From positions 96,001 to 160,000 of the IMG/VR virus record IMGVR_UViG_3300030329_003470: 64,000 bases of DNA. One strand, given 5' to 3'. The DNA comes from a virus. Below are positions 56,790 to 64,000 of the stretch, piece by piece. The notes below the pieces were generated by a model, which did not search any database, was not told where the DNA came from, and saw only the letters and a list, made by a program, of their open reading frames with translations. How positions within the stretch are numbered: position 1 is the stretch's first letter; each line of letters opens with the position of its first letter. The translations under genes were made by a program, and so were the position numbers.

Positions 56790-59453
56790 TTAAAATTCAA
56801 ACAGTTTATTAAATGTATTGCTGGTCTCAGTTGATTGAATATCCCATTCTAATACACCAATTAAATTTTCTATTTTTTGATCCAATATAGTTTGTTCCAT
56901 AGCATCTGAATCAAATGGAAGATCTTTAAACCAATCTGGAATACGCAATTCATCTGTAGGATATGCAATACTTGTATAGTTTAATGGATTGTTTTTAAGT
57001 TTACACACAATTACTTTTGCACCATCTGTAATTGGCAATGAATATTTGTCACCATACATAGTTTTACAGTTATTCCAATTAATACTTGCTCTAACGTGTC
57101 CAGGCATATTTGCTTTGCCTTGTTTCTTTTCTTTCTCCCAATATTCCGTAACATTGTTTGCTCTTTTTGGAGATCCTTTTTCCCAACCCGGTCTTGCTTT
57201 AAATTCTGCTCTAAAATCTGTAATTGCTTGTAACACTTCTTTTTCTGTTTTACCTGTTAGCACCATATACAATATATCACTTAAAAAGTCTTGTACAAAA
57301 ACTGGAGTATCAGATCTTTTTAAATCTAACCCCATGGCTTTCATTTTACCTTCTTTGCCTGCAATATCTGTACGAGTTCCTTCGACATCATAATACAATA
57401 CTGCATATCTTTTCTTTGTAATAAACAAACCTTTTGATGCAACAAGTTCTCTACCTGCTTTAATAACAGAACCTCTTGTACTTGGACAATGAAATGCTTT
57501 AGTCATGAATCCAGTAAAAGATGTATTAACTTCTTCTGCAATTTTATCATATAATGCAATAACACTTTCTTTATTCCACGGAATTTGCCCACTTTCTATT
57601 TCTTTTGCAAGTGTTTTATGTGCTGTAAAATAAACGGAATCTGTATCTCCATAAACAACTGATTCTCCTCGGTGATCATATTTGCCTGCAATAACTTCAT
57701 TTATTTTGGCTCCCATATGTTTTGTAATACATCTACCTGTTAATGTAACAGATTGTCCTATTCTAATATCAAAAAATCTACAACCTGGATTTAAAATTGC
57801 ACCATATAAACTGTTCAAGTTAATTTTTTTAACAAGTTGTCTTTTATCCCAATATTCTTTTTCAATTTCATTATCGCCAGCATCATGCATTTTACGTTGC
57901 ATTTCTTTTCTTTCTGCATACCAACGTTTTAATAAGCCTGGAATAATTGCTTCAAACTCATATGTGAATATAGTACCATTTGCACTTAACATCCATTTAT
58001 TTTTACCATCAAATATTACATCATAAAGTTGTGCCGCTGACATTCTAACACTTGTTCCGTCTGCCCAATCAACAACAACTTCTGTTGCTTTATCTTCTTT
58101 CATAACTGCTTGATATTCCCAACTACCAAATTGATTATCCCAAGCCGCCGCAAATGATTTTTTCTGCGACCTTGCTCTGTTTACTTCTGCAGATGTTATA
58201 ATTGGCCTTATTTGTCCTACAATAGTTTCTGGCCCCATATTCAATGCTCTAATTACACTTGGATACAGTGAGTTGATATCAACAGATCCTATCCAGTCAT
58301 GTATACCTTTTTGCGGAGTTGCCACATAAGCACCTGCCGCCGTGACTGGTTCAGCATCTTTTTCTCTGTATTTCCTACCAGGCACAATCATACCTCTTCT
58401 ATGTGCTTCGTTAACGATTGCTTGTTCTGTTACTGCAACTGCACCCATTGTCGTTTGTAGCAACACAGTGTTTTGGTGTGCAATCTCATTGGCAAGTTCT
58501 ATAAATTTTAATTTCTTTTCTAGTTTAGCGAGTAGATTTGTATCTTGTCTGTTGTATTCTACAAACAAACCAAAGTCATTTTTATAAAGTGCATCAAGTG
58601 AGCCTTCGTATACAGTTTTCTTTTCTCCTAGTTCATGTTCACCAATTGCATCTAGTCTAAAACTATGACGTTCTTCATATGTGTACTTTCTATATAATTC
58701 TAATAAGTCTAAGTGTACTCTACCAATTAAATCATAACTTAAATGTTCTTTTCCATATTTTTCAAATACTCTCTTTTTAGGTTTTTCTCCCCAAAAACAC
58801 AAACGTCTTGTATCATCTGAACTCATTGTTTTTTGTATTCTTCCTACTGTGTATGGAATATCATATCCTTCTGAGTTCCAACCTGAGATAATATCTGCAT
58901 CTTCAACTACTTGTAAAAATGCATCAAGCATATCTTTTTCTTTTTCAAATAACAATGTGTTTGGAAAACGTTCTGTTAAAACTTTTGCATCTTGCATACT
59001 TAAAGTTTTTGGAGGAACTGCAAATGTAATTAATTGATCCGTCCAACCCATATAACAACTTATGGCAGTTATGGGCATGAACGGATCATCTGTTGTGGCA
59101 TAACCCTTTTCAGGATCAAAATCCACTTCAATATCAAAAAACAGTACGTTTAACTTGGGAGTTTCTTTACCTAAATAATTCTCCTCAAGGCATCTAAACA
59201 CTGGATTGATATCTTGTTCATAAAGAGTTTTGTTGGACCTTATCCTCTGCTCTTTTATGAATTCTTTTGATGTAGCACACGTAACTTTTTGTAGTGTTTC
59301 ACCTGTAATGCTTCTGTGTTTGCCTCTTGAATCTGGATAATAGAATACATACCTTGCATCATATTCTACAAACACACGACCTTTTTTAGGATCACGTTCT
59401 ACTACATAAATTTTGTCTTCGTCTTTTTTATATAAGGCGTCTATATAACTCAT
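56790..59453 (-). CDS. Family B DNA polymerase (gp43-like)
   Basis: Exonuclease motifs FDIE, WNSEGYDIPY and YNRQD; polymerase motifs DINSLYPS, KKINLNSLYG, YGDTDS and KKRY. Confidence 0.97.
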   Translation of the reverse strand: MSYIDALYKKDEDKIYVVERDPKKGRVFVEYDARYVFYYPDSRGKHRSITGETLQKVTCATSKEFIKEQRIRSNKTLYEQDINPVFRCLEENYLGKETPKLNVLFFDIEVDFDPEKGYATTDDPFMPITAISCYMGWTDQLITFAVPPKTLSMQDAKVLTERFPNTLLFEKEKDMLDAFLQVVEDADIISGWNSEGYDIPYTVGRIQKTMSSDDTRRLCFWGEKPKKRVFEKYGKEHLSYDLIGRVHLDLLELYRKYTYEERHSFRLDAIGEHELGEKKTVYEGSLDALYKNDFGLFVEYNRQDTNLLAKLEKKLKFIELANEIAHQNTVLLQTTMGAVAVTEQAIVNEAHRRGMIVPGRKYREKDAEPVTAAGAYVATPQKGIHDWIGSVDINSLYPSVIRALNMGPETIVGQIRPIITSAEVNRARSQKKSFAAAWDNQFGSWEYQAVMKEDKATEVVVDWADGTSVRMSAAQLYDVIFDGKNKWMLSANGTIFTYEFEAIIPGLLKRWYAERKEMQRKMHDAGDNEIEKEYWDKRQLVKKINLNSLYGAILNPGCRFFDIRIGQSVTLTGRCITKHMGAKINEVIAGKYDHRGESVVYGDTDSVYFTAHKTLAKEIESGQIPWNKESVIALYDKIAEEVNTSFTGFMTKAFHCPSTRGSVIKAGRELVASKGLFITKKRYAVLYYDVEGTRTDIAGKEGKMKAMGLDLKRSDTPVFVQDFLSDILYMVLTGKTEKEVLQAITDFRAEFKARPGWEKGSPKRANNVTEYWEKEKKQGKANMPGHVRASINWNNCKTMYGDKYSLPITDGAKVIVCKLKNNPLNYTSIAYPTDELRIPDWFKDLPFDSDAMEQTILDQKIENLIGVLEWDIQSTETSNTFNKLFEF

Positions 59454-59728
59454 AAAAATACTCTAAAATTTCCTATTATATTCATTATAGTAAACCATGA
59501 TGCCAAAACGCAAGTCCAAATTATCCTTCTACGCCATGATGCATATGCAAGTGTACTTGAACCTAAAAGATACAATGGAAAAATCCAACGCATATCTGGT
59601 CCCGGGGAAGTAAAAGTTAATAGATAAGATCCTGCTACTGTTACTACTACTGAAAATACTTCAAGATAAAAAGCAAGTCTGTCTGTTTTGTAACTTGTTA
59701 CCCAAAATTCTTTGAGTATTCGATACAT
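59450..59728 (-). CDS. Small three-helix membrane protein
   Basis: 92 aa with three hydrophobic segments; coupled to genes on both sides. Confidence 0.7.
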   Translation of the reverse strand: MYRILKEFWVTSYKTDRLAFYLEVFSVVVTVAGSYLLTFTSPGPDMRWIFPLYLLGSSTLAYASWRRRIIWTCVLASWFTIMNIIGNFRVFL

Positions 59729-59985
59729 TAAAGTTTACCAGCGGAGTTTAGTATACTTTCTAATGTGTCCATTTCATCGGCAATGTTTTGGTAGTTGCCT
59801 CTGTGTGCTACGGATATTGCTTTGTTGATTAGTGCAGGTTTTAATTCTAATTCTTCTGCGATTGCTTTCACAGTATCTTTTAGTCCTGCTCTTAAATCCT
59901 CAACTTCACTTAATACTTGTGAACCTTGTGAAATTATTTGGATTAATTTTTGTTTTTCTGCTTCGTTAAAGTTTCTTACTGCCAT
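59728..59985 (-). CDS. Small dsDNA-binding protein (T4 DsbA/GapR-like)
   Basis: EVEDLRAGLKDTVKAIAEELELKPALINKAI helical pattern; next to the polymerase. Confidence 0.6.
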   Translation of the reverse strand: MAVRNFNEAEKQKLIQIISQGSQVLSEVEDLRAGLKDTVKAIAEELELKPALINKAISVAHRGNYQNIADEMDTLESILNSAGKL

Positions 59986-60008
59986 TTGTTTCTCCTGTTG
60001 TTACATAC

Positions 60009-60037
60009 AGTATATAACATCTTTAGTGATAGAGCAA
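60009..60037 (-). promoter_or_regulatory. Sigma70-like promoter TTGCTC-17-TATACT for the replication operon
   Basis: Intergenic with 17-nt spacing, followed by an AGGAGA SD. Confidence 0.55.
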
Positions 60038-60046
60038 ATGGTTTTT

Positions 60047-60283
60047 TTAGATCAACCCTGCTAATTTTTGGATACGTTTTATTTCAACGTCGTCTGACTC
60101 TTCAACTTGATTTGCCTTCATTATTTGGTTAGGACCATCGGCAAATGCTTCTATTTTTGCAAGTCCTCTACTACCAGCACTGCTAGGCGATTTAATTTGT
60201 TCACCTGCGGTAATATGTCCTCTTTGACGCATTTTGGTAACGTCATCTAAGTATTGGTGGTAGTTGTAAGGAATACTGCTCAT
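60047..60283 (-). CDS. Hypothetical late protein with C-terminal RIxKLAGL motif
   Basis: 78 aa; AATAAATA box 6 nt before the ATG. Confidence 0.7.
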   Translation of the reverse strand: MSSIPYNYHQYLDDVTKMRQRGHITAGEQIKSPSSAGSRGLAKIEAFADGPNQIMKANQVEESDDVEIKRIQKLAGLI

Positions 60284-60292
60284 ATGCAGTAT

Positions 60293-61144
60293 TTATTTTT
60301 TTTCTGCTGGGTCTAAATCGTTTGTAAACTTATCTTCTGCAGGTTCTACTGGTAGTTCTATTTCTTCGCCGCCTTCGTCAAACTCTTTGTCTAACATAGG
60401 CACTTCGCCTGTTTTATCATCTTCTTCGTCTTCTTCGTCGTCTTTTGATTCTGCATCTTGTTTTACTAGATCATTCAATGACGGTTCAGGCCTGTCTTTT
60501 TCTTGTACTACTTCTTCAGGTGCTTCTGCCTTTTCTGCGTCTGCAATTATTTCTGTAGTTTCTGGAGTTTTAACAAGAATGCTTTTTTGTTCTTCATTGT
60601 AAACTGCTTCATTGTCTGAGAAAGTGTTGTATAATTCAACAAGTTGAGACTCTTCTGCGTTTTTAATATATTCTGCGATATCTTTTGCAATAACTTCTCT
60701 AAATGATTTTGAGTCATAAGTTTGTTCTTCTTTTTGTTCTGCTTTTAATTCTGCTAATTGTGTTTCTAGTTCAGCAATTTTATCTAATCTTTTGCTTTCT
60801 TCGTTTACTGCTTTTTTAATATTAGTTGCTATTGAATCATCTGCATCTGATTCTTTAATTGCTTTTGTAATGTCTGATTCTTTTTTAGGTTCTTCTTCTT
60901 TTGTGATAGACTCAACTAATTTTTCTGCTTTTTCTGAAACTTTTGGTGCTTCTGTGTATTCTTTAATACCTGCTAATCTGGCAATGTCTGCTAATGAAAT
61001 ATCTTTGTCATCAAGGATTTTTGGCTCTTGTTTAGCGGCTTCCATTAGTGATGCTCTTTCTTCTTCAGGAGTTATATTACTCATTGCGTTCAAACGAGCA
61101 ACTAGATCCGCGAAACTATTGTCTGTTGATTTATTACGTGCCAT
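60293..61144 (-). CDS. Highly acidic protein (scaffold/head-internal-like)
   Basis: Glu/Asp-rich coiled coil with DIARLAGI; TATAAATA box 5 nt before the ATG. Confidence 0.6.
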   Translation of the reverse strand: MARNKSTDNSFADLVARLNAMSNITPEEERASLMEAAKQEPKILDDKDISLADIARLAGIKEYTEAPKVSEKAEKLVESITKEEEPKKESDITKAIKESDADDSIATNIKKAVNEESKRLDKIAELETQLAELKAEQKEEQTYDSKSFREVIAKDIAEYIKNAEESQLVELYNTFSDNEAVYNEEQKSILVKTPETTEIIADAEKAEAPEEVVQEKDRPEPSLNDLVKQDAESKDDEEDEEDDKTGEVPMLDKEFDEGGEEIELPVEPAEDKFTNDLDPAEKK

Positions 61145-61149
61145 ATGAG

Positions 61150-61157
61150 TATTTATA
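61150..61157 (-). promoter_or_regulatory. T4-like late promoter TATAAATA
   Basis: Exact consensus, 5 nt before the ATG at 61144. Confidence 0.7.
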
Positions 61158-61169
61158 ATTGTTACAAAT

Positions 61170-62834
61170 TTATTTAAGGCGTTGATTTAGTAGTATAGCA
61201 AGTTTTGACTCGTATGCCAAGCCTTCAGTTGGCATAAACTTACTATATTTGTCCTGTAGATACTTGACTTGGTTTAGATCCTTACCAATATCTAGTCGTA
61301 GTTTAGCATCTTTTAAATCTTTTTCAATCATTTTAGCAAGTTCATCGTTACCTGCATCTTGTGCCATTTCTAATGCAGTATTCATTGCCTGGATTGCTGG
61401 AACCTGATTATTAATTGCATCTTGTATTGATCCAACACCTGCCAATCCTGCCACAAATACTCCTGCCATGGCCAAACTTTTTGCCCAGTCTTTCAAACCT
61501 TCTTCTAGTTCTGCTTCATTTTTGGGTTTACCATGCTTGTTGTGTTGTGCCCAAGCAATGGCATATGGTGCTGATTTATCTTTGAACTTTTTTTTTAATG
61601 CTTTTACTTGATCTTCTCTGCCTGGAGGTGCTTTTTCGTCTACTTCTTTTCTATTTTCTTTTGCCAGTTCTTTTTCAACTTCATTTACTCTTTTAGATAA
61701 TATTCTCATCATGCCAGGTTTTGTATCAATGTCATCTAATTTTGTTTCTTTGGCTAGTATTTCGTCAATGTGTTTTTGCACTATGCCTGCGTGTTTCTGT
61801 ATGACGCCTGAGTCCAGTTCTTCCCTGTAGGGATTCAATTTTTGGTATTCTTCGTAGTTGTATGCACCTTGTAAATAATCTGCCGCTTTGTTTAATTTGC
61901 TTTGCACCCAACCTTCTAGGTCATCACCTGGTTTAATCATAGATGCTAATTCAATTGCATACTTGGCAGTGTGATACAATGTGCTTTTGCTCATGTGTCC
62001 CTCGCCTGCGTCTTCCGAAACTGATTCATCCATATTTTGTAGGTATTCAGAAGCCATTTCTAACTTACCATCGTCATTAAAATCTGAACCCATAACTTTA
62101 TCCAAGTCGCTCTTCATAGCAGTTGTTATTGGAAGATGTTCTTTGTTGTTAATTTTGTCATAAAAGTCATCGTCTGCCTGTTCGGCATCGTACATAGTGT
62201 CATATCCGTATTTTTTAAGTGCCGCTTCTAATTCTTTTTCTTCGATACCGTCTGTTCCAACACCAGTGCTTAATCTGTACTTCATATATCCTAGCACTAA
62301 TGGGTCCATGTTGTTTCCAAAGTAACCATCATATTTTTTGTGTATCATTTGCAAGCCTTTTTTCTGTTCATCTGTCAGAGAGCCTGCGTCTTCGTCAAAC
62401 TTGCCAATCTCTTCTTGGTCTCTGCCTGTCTGGTCTAGGAATTTCAAATCCTTTGCCGTTACATCGTTTTCACCTTTATCTTCACCGTATGAGATTGTGT
62501 AGATGCCTTCGTCGTCATCTGTGTAGTCCACAATCCTCACGATCCTACCTGATTTTATTTCTCTTGCATAGTCACCAATCTGTTCTCTTGATTCTGTCAA
62601 GCCACCGTCATCATATAGGCCTGAATCTTGACCTTGCATATAGCCGTGTACTTTTTTAACATAGTCACCTGCTAGATCAATTTTCTTTTGAACCCATGCT
62701 TCCATTTCTGCACGGTCATCAATTAGTTTGTGCAGTTTGATTGCGTGTTTGCCAATTTTCATTATTTGGTTCAACGCCATACTTGCTTCGTATGTGTCGG
62801 GTTTTACTGGCTCATGAAACTCTTTAATTTTCAT
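61170..62834 (-). CDS. Mosaic acidic protein, putative head-internal polyprotein
   Basis: Starts MKIKEF and has two copies of an ExWVQxKxxxAxDY module, EDAG junctions and one hydrophobic helix. Confidence 0.6.
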   Translation of the reverse strand: MKIKEFHEPVKPDTYEASMALNQIMKIGKHAIKLHKLIDDRAEMEAWVQKKIDLAGDYVKKVHGYMQGQDSGLYDDGGLTESREQIGDYAREIKSGRIVRIVDYTDDDEGIYTISYGEDKGENDVTAKDLKFLDQTGRDQEEIGKFDEDAGSLTDEQKKGLQMIHKKYDGYFGNNMDPLVLGYMKYRLSTGVGTDGIEEKELEAALKKYGYDTMYDAEQADDDFYDKINNKEHLPITTAMKSDLDKVMGSDFNDDGKLEMASEYLQNMDESVSEDAGEGHMSKSTLYHTAKYAIELASMIKPGDDLEGWVQSKLNKAADYLQGAYNYEEYQKLNPYREELDSGVIQKHAGIVQKHIDEILAKETKLDDIDTKPGMMRILSKRVNEVEKELAKENRKEVDEKAPPGREDQVKALKKKFKDKSAPYAIAWAQHNKHGKPKNEAELEEGLKDWAKSLAMAGVFVAGLAGVGSIQDAINNQVPAIQAMNTALEMAQDAGNDELAKMIEKDLKDAKLRLDIGKDLNQVKYLQDKYSKFMPTEGLAYESKLAILLNQRLK

Positions 62835-62835
62835 A

Positions 62836-64000
62836 TTAATTAAAACCAAAATGTGTTACTTCTGGATACTTTGCTATAATTTTTCTTGCTAGTTCGTTAT
62901 GATGTTTTACTTGTCTATTATCCCAACCCTCAGGTTTACCGCCACCTATCATAGTTGCTCCTCCTCCAGATCTATCAACTGTTGTTGGAATTTCTTGTGA
63001 TGGTTTATCAATATTTTTTTGCAACCATTGTGTAGTTCTTGCTATGAATTCTTTTGCTGGTACAGGTGGTTGATTGTCCTCAAAGTCTGGATTATAACCC
63101 AGTGTGTCAAGGAACTGTCTCATACTTGCGTTGCTCATGTATGGTGTGTCTAGTGGTTCATCGTTTTGCCATCCGTCTGGGAAAGTCCAAGTCATTTGTT
63201 TTTCGTCTTTTGGATCTTTGTAATAAGGTAACATTGATGCACCTTCTCCAAGTCCTGCTAATTTTGTAATTCTGTTTAGTTCTTGGTTTTCGTTTGCTCT
63301 TTTTAATGTATCAGCAACTTCTGGATGTTTTGATAATCCTATTGCAATCGCTTCAATATTTTTTACAGCACTTGTCATATCGTTTGCATATGTTTTTGCA
63401 TATGCTTTTGCTTTTGCTATTTGACCAAAAGTAAATTTTTCGCCTGCGTCTTCTCTAAATTTGTCATCTAACCATTCATCAAAATCTTCTGAATTCATGA
63501 AGTCTTGCCAAGTTTTAAATCTTGATTGTATTTCTTTACTTGATGCCCACATACCTCGAGCCGCATCTGCTCTTTCGGCATCTGCACTTGGTTCTGATTC
63601 TTGTGCAACAGGTTGGCCTTTCATTCTTGCATTTTTAATACCTGCTTTTTCTATTTCTTCTGGTTGTTTTATAACAACAAATCTACCACTTGTATCTTGG
63701 TCATCAAATTCATATCCAACAGCAGTCATTAAATCTCTAATTGCAAAGTTGTGATCTGATGATCCAAAACCTTCGTCTTCTGGCCAGTCACTATATTTTT
63801 CTTCAACTTCAGCGGCCGCTTCTTTCCATTTGTGTTTTAATAAATCCCATTCTTGAACAGTAATAAACTTTCTCATAATTGCCATTCTTAAAAGTTCCAT
63901 GCCTGAGCCAAATGGTGCGTCTTCTTTAATAAATGCTTCTTTAAGTAAACCTAAGTCTATAAGTCTATCTGCAATCCATTCATCTGGCATTCCTGTTCTT
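62836..64000 (-). CDS. Mosaic acidic protein, putative head-internal; probably 5'-truncated
   Basis: The frame is open to the window edge; contains ELNRITKLAGL and REDAGE. Confidence 0.6.
   Translation of the reverse strand, partial: RTGMPDEWIADRLIDLGLLKEAFIKEDAPFGSGMELLRMAIMRKFITVQEWDLLKHKWKEAAAEVEEKYSDWPEDEGFGSSDHNFAIRDLMTAVGYEFDDQDTSGRFVVIKQPEEIEKAGIKNARMKGQPVAQESEPSADAERADAARGMWASSKEIQSRFKTWQDFMNSEDFDEWLDDKFREDAGEKFTFGQIAKAKAYAKTYANDMTSAVKNIEAIAIGLSKHPEVADTLKRANENQELNRITKLAGLGEGASMLPYYKDPKDEKQMTWTFPDGWQNDEPLDTPYMSNASMRQFLDTLGYNPDFEDNQPPVPAKEFIARTTQWLQKNIDKPSQEIPTTVDRSGGGATMIGGGKPEGWDNRQVKHHNELARKIIAKYPEVTHFGFN

Noticed and set aside
1-64000. Stop-codon reassignment (TAG/TGA readthrough) as seen in some large phages
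   Set aside because: Genes are full length under code 11, and TAG and TGA end genes at coupled junctions (e.g. 12229, 13885, 15244, 33782).
1-64000. tRNA, rRNA, integrase or transposase
   Set aside because: Intergenic gaps are under about 100 nt and are occupied by promoters or microproteins. No cloverleaf or recombinase motifs were recognised.

Overview
This is an AT-rich (roughly 30% GC by eye), gene-dense segment of a large T4-like (probably jumbo) myophage. A marine alphaproteobacterial host such as SAR11 is plausible but is only an inference. The + strand (1-32320) carries late structural genes: a giant baseplate-like protein, three paralogous fibre genes and a Gly-rich protein ending in a Hint domain. 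These are followed by a 17 kb glycan/modification island with glycosyltransferase-like genes, five N-terminal-twitch radical SAM paralogues, two SGNH-like proteins, a carbamoyltransferase and amino-sugar enzymes. The - strand (32297-64000) carries acidic putative head-internal proteins, family B DNA polymerase, a probable sliding clamp, an RNase H-like 5'-3' exonuclease and an AAA+/VWA pair. It also carries a dispersed 7-deazaguanine system (DpdA/TGT-like, T-fold LxxxHRHxF protein, FolE, QueE, YhhQ; no QueC in the window) interleaved with a GT4 glycosyltransferase, GalE, GMP reductase, a purine PRTase and three more twitch radical SAMs. The strongest non-gene signals are apparent complete avoidance of GCWGC, TAAATA late-promoter boxes 5-7 nt before SD-less ATGs, and a 28-bp perfect repeat shared by two fibre genes. 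No tRNA, rRNA, CRISPR array or transposon was recognised. All protein family calls come from motif recognition only; no database searches were run.
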